A DNA stretch of 62,377 nucleotides, the filler included, from Nemertoderma westbladi (taxonomy: Eukaryota; Animalia; Xenacoelomorpha), in assembly GCA_032718475.1 (NCBI GenBank). It is 3 parts of 3 records of this genome, joined end to end, with 100 filler letters (N's around TTAATTAATTAA, not from the genome) between each part and the next. Parts side by side here need not be neighbours in the genome. Positions count along the whole stretch, not along the records: positions 22,102 to 50,824 come from JAUCBJ010003004.1; 2 more parts are not named here. One strand, written 5' to 3'. A program made the translations under genes and the position numbers. This document shows, piece after piece, positions 34,878-47,202 of this stretch. Each line of letters opens with the position of its first letter. Within the stretch, counting starts at the first letter, position 1. The notes beneath the pieces are model-generated. The model was not told the DNA's origin. It ran no database searches and saw nothing but the letters and a program-made list of their open reading frames with translations.

Positions 34878-35978
34878 ATGTCTTCCTCAAATGATAAACA
34901 CGATTTTGAGCGCGATGACATTGGATGTCAAATGGATGAGATGGGCAAGAAAGAAAACGGAGATGATCCTATACGTTTTATGTTCACTCAGAAAGTACAA
35001 CCTGCTATGACAAAACCTTTTATAGTTGCTAAGGAAGCTATTGAATCTAGAACATTGGGAATATTATCAATAGGCCGCATTGCTGGGGATTGTTTTAATC
35101 GAATAGCTATAATCGAAAAATATTCGAATTTACTTCATTTCTTTGTGTATGACGAAGATTTATTCTTTAAGTACAATAGAACTTCATTGAAAACAGATGG
35201 CCATCCGCTAGAATTAATTTGTAGTAACGAATGTGGGTTTCCAGATGAAACATTGGAATTTCTGAAAGGTTATAAAAACCAATGGATCGCAGCTACTAAA
35301 CATTGTCTATCTGTTATTCAAAGAGAAGGTGATGTTTCAAAACTGATTCACTTATGCCCACTTCTGAAGACTACATTTTCTATTGTAGCGGTGACTGCTT
35401 GGGAAAATTATGGTTTTGTTGCTACTGGAAATAATAATGTAATCTCAATTGATTTATCTTCAGCAATGGTGAATAATGAATGCCATTTTGAACATTCCGG
35501 CAGCTTATCAGCTATTACAACATGTAGCTACGGTGTCATATGCAAGTGTCCTACATCCATTTGTGTTGGTTTCCATGACTCTAAGAAACACCTCTACTCT
35601 GTATATGTCTATAATTATTCACCAGAATTCACTAAGTGTCCATGGCAATTTAGTAAGAGAATGGCTACCATTGACTGTGGCAGTGCCATACCTAATGGCA
35701 GTTTGGAGATCTTGCATGTAATGTACTCTTCTGACTGTTGTTATTGGCTAATTGGACTTAAGAACGCTGACGACAAGGAATACATTGGCGTTTACAAAGT
35801 TAGGGAATCACGTTGGAAAAAAAGCTGCACTAAGAAATTTGGTATTATAGATATTAATTCTGGTTTTGGTGTTGTATTACTCGGCAAAGGATTTATAGTC
35901 CCAAAATTAGACACTAATTTAATATATTTTGATCGGCAATTACTTACCACCACCACTACATATTTTGATAATGTGTAA
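34878..35978 (+). CDS. Uncharacterised intronless 366-aa protein, predicted beta-strand-rich (possible beta-propeller)
   Basis: Uninterrupted 1.1-kb ATG-to-TAA ORF in AT-rich DNA, with globular composition and short hydrophobic strands separated by turns. Confidence 0.7.
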   Translation: MSSSNDKHDFERDDIGCQMDEMGKKENGDDPIRFMFTQKVQPAMTKPFIVAKEAIESRTLGILSIGRIAGDCFNRIAIIEKYSNLLHFFVYDEDLFFKYNRTSLKTDGHPLELICSNECGFPDETLEFLKGYKNQWIAATKHCLSVIQREGDVSKLIHLCPLLKTTFSIVAVTAWENYGFVATGNNNVISIDLSSAMVNNECHFEHSGSLSAITTCSYGVICKCPTSICVGFHDSKKHLYSVYVYNYSPEFTKCPWQFSKRMATIDCGSAIPNGSLEILHVMYSSDCCYWLIGLKNADDKEYIGVYKVRESRWKKSCTKKFGIIDINSGFGVVLLGKGFIVPKLDTNLIYFDRQLLTTTTTYFDNV

Positions 35979-36092
35979 ATAATTTCAATGTATTTATCCA
36001 CTATTATTATTTTAAGTTTATCATATATTTCTCTAAAATTTTGAAAAATGCATTGTGTACGAAAAGTGCAAACCAGTGACGTAATCATCCAT

Positions 36093-36800
36093 ACTTCTAC
36101 GAGGAGTGGCATGCTGCATTGCAGCTGCATTATATATATATATTTCATATATATACTAAGAAAGCTGTGCCGGCTTATCAACAAAATTGCGCCGCCATAA
36201 CTCCCTATCACCCATGACATTTGCTAGATCATCTGCATTTTCAAGGCCAGTGTCCTTTAAGATGCATGGGATTAAGGGCTGTCCACCTTGCTTAAAAAAC
36301 TAATTTAATCAAAATGTACAACAATTTGCAGGGTTATGGTACCTACCAAGCAACTTACAGACATACAGTATTGAATTGGTATTAAGTAGGACATAGAATA
36401 TATTAAATTACAGAACCCTTTTTTATTATTTATATCCACGTGGTGAAAGACCCTTCCGAATACACCACGAAAAGCGTCGTTCCGGTCAATTCATTGTTAT
36501 TGACACACAATGAACCCGGCGCATCATTCTTGTGAATGTGCCAACCAGAGATTTGGTATCCTACACAGTTAGAGCCTAGCATGGACTCCCATATATAAGT
36601 GTACTGGTACAACTACTGCCATAAATAATCGAACCTTAAGGTTCCGTTTTATTCTATGGGACTTCCAAATCCTGGACAGAGTATTTAACGCTGCCCATGC
36701 CTTCCCCTTATGTATCCGAAGGTCTTCACCTGACTTTCTGAACCATGATTCCAAGTAGCAGAAGTCATCCACGCGCTCAAGCAAGCCGTCCTTAGAGCTT
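36093..36800 (-). mobile_element. RTE-like LINE fragment, copy 3 (interrupted)
   Basis: LERVDDFCYL...KAWAALNTLSRIWKS...LKVRLF. The 3' part matches copies 1 and 2. Confidence 0.8.
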
Positions 36801-37289
36801 ATGCCCTTGCCATCAGATATTTATCATCATAACAATCCATACCTAATTTTGAAGCAGAATAATTTCTTCACCAGATGTATCACATTTATTGGTGAATTGA
36901 CAAATCAATTAAACTGGAGGGATCCAAAACAGAGGTATCAGTTCTAGAAAACAGGTGGCGAAGGTACGCTTTCCTTCATAGCAAAACAGCATGCAGGCTA
37001 GAGTTGGACTAAATACAACAGTAAGTGCAGTTTTTAATTATCTCTCTACTAGTGTATCCATGGAAACGCCAAACCCAAGCGTTCTCCTTTAAATTGCACT
37101 GATTTACCCCTCCTCATGGTTCAACCTTCCCTGCCTTCCTCTATTTTGCACCGTACCGTAAACAAGGCAGTCTGGAAAGGTTGCTATCGAAACGAGACAT
37201 AGATAGGAGGAGGCGCGGGGATGTGATAAATTAGCATAAAGGGCTTTGTTTAGTGGGGGCAAAGGTGGGGCATTCATCCGACTAGCGGT

Positions 37290-37920
37290 AGACTGGAGAA
37301 CTGCCGAAGCATTACTGTCCCAACAAAGAGGCAGCCTGTTGATCGTTGATGGTCTACGGTATAGCATGTATATCTGCCAAGTTTCAGCTGAAACGGATAA
37401 AACATAACGAAATTAAAGAAGGATTTCACTTTCAGATATTTCGACCTCTAGCGCCAATCTGTAAAAGTGTAGGTAATCGCTTTCAGACATTCGCCCTCTA
37501 ATTGTAGACTGGAGAGCTACAGACCGATTACCGACCCCTAGAGAGACACCGGATGTGTTCTAGCACATATCTGACAAGTTTCAGCTTGAACGAATCATAA
37601 ATAACGGAATGGATCAATAATTTCACTTTGAGACATTTCGCCCTCTAGCGGCATACTAGAGAACTGCAGATGGATGAGCCACCCTGAATGTCACTCTTAA
37701 TGGTCTATTACAAATCTGCCAAGTTTCAGCTTGAACGGATTAAAAGTAAAAGAAAATGTTTAAGAAAGAAAATTAAAATGTTTAGAGATGCAGCCATCTA
37801 GAGGGGGACTGTTGAACTGATGGTGTCTGAAGTCTCTAAAAATCTCAACTTTTGGTTTTATTGATGCCTTAAAATTTTCAACTCGACAGCTTTAAATCCG
37901 ACAAAGTTATTAGCTAATCA
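37290..37920. repeat. Degenerate ~190-bp tandem modules (TE-derived)
   Basis: ATCTG(A/C)CAAGTTTCAGCT(T)GAA recurs at ~37372, 37569 and 37714, with (C)CTCTAGCG motifs. Confidence 0.55.
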
Positions 37921-39764
37921 AAATGGTAACGCAGACGACGACGTCGACAACTATTTGCCAAATTCTTTTTAATTAATCTTTAATTAATGCAATTATCTTT
38001 TTAATTGAAATTTTCATTGTGCTTCACTATCAGCACCAAACGTAAAAATAGCATACCGGGGCCGAAATGCATATAAAGGGACTATTTAAAGTTAGGCTTA
38101 AGTTTAGATTGGCTTGAGATTATTGGGGGATTAGATTAAATTAAATTAATTTAATTTATTATAAGGAACTGATATCAGGTGTCGTAACTCTTAACCTCGA
38201 ATCATTAAGTTTATTTTACCGAGTTTATTTTTTTTAAGTTTATTTTTATTTATTTATTGGTGCATTTGTAGAATTAATCCCATCATCACACGCAGGGCGG
38301 GTATTTTACAAAATTACGAATTAGGAATTTTAAAATTAAATTCATATGACAATATCTCTCCAAACCACGTACGTTCGGTACCACGCACGGTGTTGAATTC
38401 AAACTTGGGACCTCGAGGTGGAAGCCGAGACTACAACCTCAAGGCAACAGGATTGTTGATAAATAAAGTATGAATTTCAAATCCAGCTGCCGTGTTATTA
38501 GTATGTAGGAATGTGATGAGATTTGGGATTAGTCATAAAAAGATAAATTCTTTTCCGTAAAGTAATCTTTATCATTCGAGGTTAATAAATCAAGAATATA
38601 CAATGATTTCATTTACCATCTATCCGCGCGAAAACCAAGGCTTTAATGCATTTTTAATATCTTGAAAATTGAACTACAGTACTTACTTATTGTGTTGCGG
38701 CCCATTATTGCCGGATTTTACTATTTTACTCTACAAAACAATATTTTTTGTTTTTATTGACCAACATGCGATTAATATTTCTCTGGACAATGACATGACA
38801 ATATCGAGACAATAATTTCTAAAACTTTAAAAAAATAATACATAAAATTTGTTGAAATTTTACAATATTAGAAGTTAATTATTATGACACAATATATTAA
38901 AACTCTTCAATATAAGGGGGATATTATTACCCGAACAATTTGTGTGTAGAAGCGTATAATTATGAAAGCCTATTACAATGATTTATACAATGTACAATCT
39001 GTTACCAATACTTCTACTGTGTTGAACATATTGACCCCAGCTTGCTTCCTACCTAAATTAATGAATGCAGTATATCATAATAATAAATATTTTGAATTAT
39101 TTTTATAAAATAATAATCAATAATTAATAAATAATAGCGATACTCTCCCTCTTTATAGAGATACTGCTACACTTTTCGTTTATCTTAAAAAATTTCGATA
39201 TAGGCCTACAGTTTAGTCAGTTTGGTTTCCCGTTTTCTAGAAATAATATATAGGCCTATTCAATAATCTCACTGTTGTTGTTACCGTTGAATACAGTTAC
39301 CGTAGTCCCATGAAGGATACGGGTCAACAGTGCAGTTCGTCCGAGTGCACTGATAATCCCTGAAAACTGAAAAGTCCAACTGATACTCATACTGATGATG
39401 ATATATAAATTGCCATTGATTTTATCCCTGTTTAATTATTAGTTTACTACTTTTAATGATTATGCGGGTCATATCATTTTACGTAAAATTCATCATGCCA
39501 GTATAGTGCAGTTTAGGCCTAATTTGTTATCATCAATCAATCAATAAATCTCACTATACAGTACGTACCGGTACTGCAGGAATTTATTATATCCAGGTTC
39601 TCGTCAGAGATGTTTACACCACCTTTACCCATCAGATTATATGAGTACACAGATATGTGGAATACAAACATAAGGGTTTCGTGTAGGACGAGATTATATC
39701 GAGTCAGAACTATACTCTCATTTTGCTACTATTTTATTTAGCATTGAGGTTAGAGATGAGCCAC

Positions 39765-39880
39765 GGGTTGGGTATCCCTTTAAAGCATTCTGAAAACAAT
39801 ATTAACCGACCTCTTTGGAGGGCTCGAACCTACAAGCTCTGGAGCCAAAGCCGAGAATTTAAGGTAACGGATTAAACCTC
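39765..39880 (-). mobile_element. tRNA-derived SINE copy
   Basis: Minus strand has GGTTCGAGCCC (B box), then GAATGCTTTAAAGGGA. Confidence 0.6.
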
Positions 39881-39929
39881 TATCAAGATGGTCCTTCAAG
39901 ATGGTCTATCAAGAAGGGAGACATGGAAT

Positions 39930-39970
39930 CTACACGTTCGTGGGGACTTCGCGCAGCACGAGGCCTAGTT
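39930..39970 (+). mobile_element. Helitron-like 3' end (hairpin + CTAG|T); similar copy at ~28406-28446
   Basis: TACACGTTCGTGGGGACTTCGCGCAGCACGAGGCCTAGTT. Confidence 0.5.
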
Positions 39971-41872
39971 ATTATATACAAATTAAAATGCAGCGACTGT
40001 ATCACAAAATCAGGTTTTGAGAAATTTACCCACACCACCAATCAATCAAAGAAAGGTGGACAGTACGTGTTCACCCCTTTTAATCTCCCCCCCCCCCCCC
40101 CACCCTTCCCAACCACCAATACATAACCGCGACATCTACCACCCACGGAAGGGTAGCACGAACTTATTTCCAATCGCACGTTAAATATGCAAAGCCAGGT
40201 GGTTTATAGGAATATAATAAACGCAGTACTCGTTTTCATTATAAGCCTCTTTGCGTTCGTCCTGTTTTGTATTTAAATATATTTCTTAAACGCAAGCTAG
40301 GACGATCTTTATAATAATAATAACTAGGGATGCGATCAATATGTGAAGCCAGGTGGTTTATATAATAATTTAGTCAACGCAGTACTCGTCTTCATTATAT
40401 GCCTCGTTGCGCTCGTCGCTTGTCCTGTTTTGTCATAAAATATTTTTCCTAAACGCAGACTGACGATCTTTATACAGTTATAACTATGCGAAGTTTCGAA
40501 ACTGTGCGAGTAACTGTTGATACATCTATGTGGAGATGTGTGATATGTGGAGATGTGTGATACAACGCCAACGCATCTTATGCCGATGTAGTAATATGGG
40601 TATTGAAATAATATATTAAATCAATGTACACTCTTAAAGCTGCAGCGAAAAAATGTAGCTAATTTCCTAGGTTACATATAAAATAATAATATTATTTTTA
40701 AGAACATTAATTTTACTACTTTGCAAAAATTCAATTAAAAAATAACCAGACATATACATTGTGGAATAAACTATTTCAGAAGCCTACAACAGCCATGCCA
40801 TGGATTGTATTTATGTTATTATATCTGTCATTTAACTGAGATAGCAATAGTAGTAATAGTCGAACGGTTATGCGGCCCGTCCAGCCTATAATAAACACAA
40901 TTCAGTGATTGGGCTGGAATAGCAATACTGGTTGCCTCTATTACAATTCCTCTCAGGTTAGTCTACAGCCACAACTCCCAGCAGCTAGCTCCACACCAGC
41001 AGAGACTTGACCAATAATGGGAAGGATTAAATTTGTACTCAATAATTGTGCGGTTTAATTACGTTTAGATCAATTAAAGACACATTTATTAAAGCAAATC
41101 ACTTAAACTAATTAAAAACTATAATAGAATGGCGTATGGGGATTATATCTGTATAATTTTTAAGTATAATTATTTAAATCTTATACTGTAAAACAATTAA
41201 TTTCCTTTAAAAGGCAGGTTGAAAATGGCGTTTTCACCGCAATCAACTTAATTAACTAATTAACTGCTATTATCTTAGCTTCTCGAAGGCCACACAGAAA
41301 TTCTACTTGGAAAATTTCTAAACTTTTGCCAAACAACATGTGTACCAAGTTTGGATAGATTTCATCAAAGATTGGCCGAGTTATTAACGTTTAAAATTGA
41401 ACACGACAGAACGACAGAACGACAGGTTGATTAATGGTACCACTACGCTAAGGCTCACTCACTTCGTGGCTCGCCCCACAGTACCCACTACTGGGAAGAA
41501 GCCATACAAAATTGAGCAATTATGGGCAAATATAAGGACAATTGATTGTTTTAGTTCAAGGCTCTGAACCTTTGCTAACTAAAGGTCGCCTTACACCCCC
41601 CCTCCCCCTCCCACCACTCAAACACCAAGTTACTTCAACAGTTGTTGCCAATACTAGCATCTGCTACTGGCAACATCTGTTGCTCCTTAAAAAATTCCAG
41701 TCAAGATAATTTTAAATTTGAAATTTTTAAGATAATTTATATTAAATTTTATCCAAAATTGCAAAATTGGATGTGTGGAAAAGAAATATAATATATGGTT
41801 ATGGTTAGTTAATTAGATAATTTCATTTAATATGAACAGCAGTTGATGGAGATTAAAGAATACAAGAAAGGC

Positions 41873-42808
41873 CTAGAACGATAACCCGGAATCCGACCCA
41901 AGCGATATCTAGAACGATAACCCGGATTCCGACCCAAGCGATATCTAGAACGATAACCCGGATTCCGACCCAAGCGATATCTAGAACGATAACCCGGAAT
42001 CCGACCCAAGCGATATCTAGAACGATAACTCGGAATCCGACCCAAGCGATATCTAGAACGATAACCCGGAATCCGACCCAAGCGATATCTAGAACGATAA
42101 CACGGAATCCGACCCAAGCGATATCTAGAACGATAACCCGGAATCCGACCCAAGCGATATCTAGAACGATAACCCGGAATCCGACCCAAGCGATATCTAG
42201 AACGATAACCCGGAATCCGACCCAAGCGATATCTAGAACGATAACCCGGAATCCGACCCAAGCGATATCTAGAACGATAACCCGGAATCCGACCCAAGCG
42301 ATATCTAGAACGATAACCCGGAATCCGACCCAAGCGATATCTAGAACGATAACCCGGAATCCGACCCAAGCGATATCTAGAACGATAACACGGAATCCGA
42401 CCCAAGCGATATCTAGAACGATAACCCGGAATCCGACCCAAGCGATATCTAGAACGATAACCCGGAATCCGACCCAAGCGATATCTAGAACGATAACCCG
42501 GAATCCGACCCAAGCGATATCTAGAACGATAACACGGAATCCGACCCAAGCGATATCTAGAACGATAAACCGGAATCCGACCCAAGCGATATCTAGAACG
42601 ATAACCCGGAATCCGACCCAAGCGATATCTAGAACGATAACCCGGAATCCGACCCAAGCGATATCTAGAACGATAACCCGGAATCCGACCCAAGCGATAT
42701 CTAGAACGATAACCCGGAATCCGACCCAAGCGATATCTAGAACGATAACCCGGAATCCGACCCAAGCGATATCTAGAACGATAACACGGAATCCGACCCA
42801 AGCGATAT
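41873..42808. repeat. Highly homogeneous 36-bp minisatellite, 26 copies
   Basis: Unit CTAGAACGATAACCCGGAATCCGACCCAAGCGATAT, 936 bp in total. Confidence 0.98.
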
Positions 42809-43452
42809 CCTTCTAGACCGTCTATATCGGGACTAAGACGCCGTGCAGCGGCGCAACTGATTGCTAATGGTTATCACCACAAATTCTGCACAGGCGAAAA
42901 GTGCTGACGACAAAATTAGAATTGTGTACCTGCATATGCAAATTGTGCCAAAATAGTGTAGACCCTGTCCAGTCCATTATAAACACTGTTCTAAAATACC
43001 GAGTTTTGGTTCGTCACTTAGAACTGCAATGTACCTTTACATGATTTGAAATAACTTTATAGTAATTATTTTCCATTAATGATGCGATGTAATGTAATTT
43101 GTAATTTTATGCGTTATGTATTTTATTCCAAAATTGTATCATTACTCAACGCCGTTAGTATTAACAGCGAGTTGTTATTTAGCACTTTACAACTTTAGAG
43201 GACATTACAGCATTGTATTGGCCTGTACATTTAGTATTGTATTTTGTGTTATTATAATATAATTATAACAATTAACAATGCGCATAGCTAACCCTCAGGC
43301 ATATAATAACTTGTAACTCCACAGGTATTAGTTAGATTAGTAGTGTTATAACAGCATTGAAAGATTGACCATTAAAATTATAGTAGAACCAAGGTTAATT
43401 AATAACTGTTGAGAGTAGGCCAACTGGATTGGATTAGCGAATTATATGCTCA

Positions 43453-46400
43453 ATGTCTCAGGGATCGCTGCGGTGTTGCCAATGTGGCATCACCAGCAAT
43501 GGTTGCTGTGAAAGCCGTCGTTGCGGATGCTTTCGAGCCGAACGTTCGTGTGTCAGCTGTTGTCAGCTCAATATCGGCCGCTGCAGGAACCAGTACACGC
43601 TACAACAACTCAGTTCAACCGCTAGTTTACCTTTACCCAGTCCATGTGATGGAAGAGGACAGGTATGTTCGTGCTCTCTCTCGCCAATCCCATCAATCGA
43701 CAGGACTCTCATTGACAATTCCTCAGGGAATGACAGCTCGTTCTTCGGTGACCTAAATAACACCGTCATCTCGACTATTCGATCGAGTAGTCCCATCCTA
43801 ACCAACCTGCCAGCCATTACGATTCCCTTGATCAGCTCCTCGCGTCATGCACTGCCTCCGTCTACTAATGATCGCCAGCCTACGATCCATTGGTTTGAAG
43901 CCTCGTTTCCACTGGAGAGGTTTATCTTCTCTTTACGAGGAGCTTACAACATGGTAGTTCATTGGCATCCCAACCTCTTCCTGTTGCCTCCCGGGGCCAT
44001 CGGTAGGGCGGTGGTTTCCGAGATGAGCCGACTGCTGAAACTCTTCTCAGCAGAACCCAGTTACGAAGATGCCTCACAGGGCTTATGATACTCCCTGCAC
44101 TTCTGCTTCAGAAGCCAAGTCGTGATTCTGCTGCGTTGGTTCATCGACGGGTTTTAGAGCGCCGGTTCGAGTCATTGAAGTCGGGACATTTTGATCGTTA
44201 TTACAGGAGGCAAGTGCCATCCAGGCTCATCTGCCCAAGCGGTCTGCGTGCACTGTTCTGCTGCACAACACTGCCGCTGAGAAAGTTTTCTGTAGACATA
44301 TGCTTACAGGGAATGTCAACGCAGCAATCAGGTGCCTGAACGAGTTAGAAAAGGGGAAGGTACTCTCTCTCGATGAGTCTGTCACAGACAAGAATGGGGT
44401 GACGAAGAAGGTGCGTGATTTTCTTCTCGATAAACATCCTCCAGCCGCTCCGGCAGATCCATCGACTCTCCTGAGTGGGTACAACCGTGCTCCGGAATTT
44501 CACCCAGTCATTTTCGAGAAGATTTCAGCTGATGTTGTGCTAAACTGTCTGCTCCAGATCCGGGGAAGCGCTGCAGGGCCTTCGGGACTCGACGTTCAGG
44601 GGTGGAAACATATCGCCACTCGGTTCCGGAACTCTTCAACAGAACTGTGCTCCAGTATAGCTTCTGCTGCAAAGAAGATTGCAAAGTTCCCGCTGGAGTC
44701 ATCAAACCTCTCCTCGCTGCTCTCTGCTCGCCTCGTGGCAATTGATAAGTGTCTGGGGGTCCGACCTATCGGAATTGGTGAGGTGTTGTGTCGCATTATC
44801 GGCAAGACGGTTATATACTGCATCTCTAATGATCTGCAGAGCATTGGCGGGTCGGTTCAGCTCTGCTGCGGGCAGAAGGCGGGGATTGAGCACGCAATCC
44901 ACAGCCTCAGCGATGAGTTTGCCAAGGACGACTGTGAGGCGGTGCTCCAGGTTGACGCTACAAATGCATTCAACTCGATTAATCGTGCCGCTGCAACCCA
45001 CAACATCGGGATGGTTTGTCCCTCGCTGCAAACCATAGTATCGAACTGCTATGCAACTCCTTCAAAGTTGTTCATTGGCGGGGAGTACATACTCTCGTCA
45101 GAGGGCTTCACGCAGGGTGATCCGATAGCGATGCCATCTTACGCAGTCGGATCGATCCCTCTGATCGTCGAGGCGGGTGCTGCAGCGGATGTGCTACAGA
45201 AGTGGTTTGCGGACGATGGCAATGCCGCAGGGACTCTATCGGAACTGCGGAAGTTCTGGGACCTCATCCAGACTCGTGGGCCCTCACATGGCTATTTCCC
45301 GACAGAGTGCCACCTTCTCGTCAAACCGGAACTGATCCAGGAAGCCCAACGTCTGTTTCCAGATGATGGTTTCACCATTGAAGTCCGAGGGAGCCGACTC
45401 TTAGGAGGTGTCATCGGGAACGACGAGTACCGTGAGGAATTTGTGAACTCTAAGGTAGCTGAGTTTACTACTCAAGTGGATCTTATCACCAAGATTGCCT
45501 CTATGGATCCACACTGCGCCTACGCTGGCCTCACCATCGGCCTAGCAGCTCAGTGGAGGTACATCTCTCGTGTGGTACCCGGGTCGACCCAGTTATTCGG
45601 TGACCTTGAAAATGCAGTTTGGAAGTGCCTCGGCGCACTAACTGGCCAGCCATCCATCTTGACAGTGGAGCGGGAGTTGTTCTCCCTACCGGTCCGGTCA
45701 GGTGGTCTGGCAGTTCCCCTTCCGAGTGACCTGGATGCACAATATGTGAACTCCAGGAGGCTGTGTCAGCCCTTCAATGAACACAATGATCCGGACTCGA
45801 TTTGGGCAGCACAGTGCGAGATCATCAAGGTGAGCCGGAGTACTGACTCCCTGCAATTGGAGGGGAAGCTGAATGCGATTCGCAATCAACTCACGCCAAA
45901 TCAAAAAACTCTCCAAGAACTCGTGTCAGAGAAAGGCGCCTCAGCGTGGTTGAACTCACGCCCCATCACCCTGCTCGACACGCTTCTCAATAAAGAGGAG
46001 TTCAAGGATTCACTCTGTCTTCGCTATTGCTGGTTACCCCAGTCGCTCCCAGCTCGTTGCGCCTGTGGGACACGATTTTCCGTTAATCATGTCCTGTCGT
46101 GTCCCACTGGTGGTTATCTGTCAATCCGGCACAACGAGATCCGGGATTTCGTCGCATCAACCCTGACCGAGGTCTCCCAGAACGTCTCGATTGAACCCCG
46201 ATTGCAGCCTATCTTTGGTGAGCAGTTCGAGAGGCGTTCAACAACGGAGGACCATGAGGCGCGGCTGGACGTGGCGATGTATGGGTTTTGGGGATCGAGA
46301 TTCCAGAGAACCTTTTTGGACATCTCGGTTTTCAATCCTCTCGCTCCGACCAATGCAGCAATGACACTAGAGGGCGCCCATCTCCATCACGAGGCGCGGA

Positions 46401-46741
46401 ATCGGGGTCGGTATGAAGAACGAGTCAGGGAAGTCGAGCTGGCGACCTTCACACCACTGATCATGTCTGCTTTCGGAGGAATCTCACCATCCACGGCGCA
46501 GTTCTTCAAACACCTTGCTGTTCTGTTGGCGGATAAGCGGGAGATCAGCTACACAGAGTGTGTTACCTGGATCCGACGACACATCAGTTTTCTGCTGGTT
46601 CGGGCCGCCCACATGTGCCTGCGCGGGTCAAGGTCATCACGCCACCGGCCAGTTCATAACGCCAACCTGGGAGAAATCTCCATCCGGCTCACAAACAACG
46701 GGGCGGCCATCGGAGGCAGCGGGGGTGAAATGCGGGGTTGA
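43453..46741 (+). mobile_element. CRE-like non-LTR retrotransposon (Cys-rich N-terminus, RT, zinc knuckle, restriction-like endonuclease), near full length with frameshifts at ~44080-44300
   Basis: RPIGIGEVLCR, QLCCGQKAGIE, DATNAFNSINR, QGDP, WFADD, CACG...HVLSC...RHNEIRD, RLDV...FLDI, FTPLIMSAFGG, CLRGSR. Confidence 0.92.
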
Positions 46742-46949
46742 GCTGCTGTGGATTATCGGTGCAAAGTAGATAGTCAAAGACGATGGGTTCCTCCGTTGTC
46801 GGGTCAGCAACTCTGTCAACCTCTGCGGTACCAGCACCGGCGACGTCCACACCATCACCTGCTCCGGGAAGACTGGCCGTTATGTCGTTGAGTTAAAAGG
46901 AATCAGCGAATATCTTACTCTTTGTGAAGTTGATGTCTTTCCCTTATAG
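46725..46949 (+). pseudogene. F-type lectin (fucolectin) domain, C-terminal fragment
   Basis: Manual translation of 46803-46949: VSNSVNLCGTSTGDVHTITCSGKTGRYVVELKGISEYLTLCEVDVFPL*, with the GRYV and LTLCEV hallmarks. Confidence 0.72.
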
Positions 46950-47202
46950 AGACGAAGAACAACGAATTACAGCAACAGTAGCCGAGACTGTAGATCTAAC
47001 TTATATTGTTAATAACAAAGTTTCTGTTGGTGGCATACTTTCACCTACAATTATATGTAAAATATTATATAAATTTTAATGTAATTATGAAGCTATTAAG
47101 AATTATCGTTGCGATAAAAAAAAATAAAAAAAAAAAATTGTTTACGTGGTAAATAATTTATAATATATAAATAATATATTTTAAATAATATATATATAAT
47201 AT

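Noticed and set aside
41873-42808. CRISPR array (36-bp repeat)
   Set aside because: Units are head-to-tail with no unique spacers, there are no cas genes, and the context is eukaryotic.
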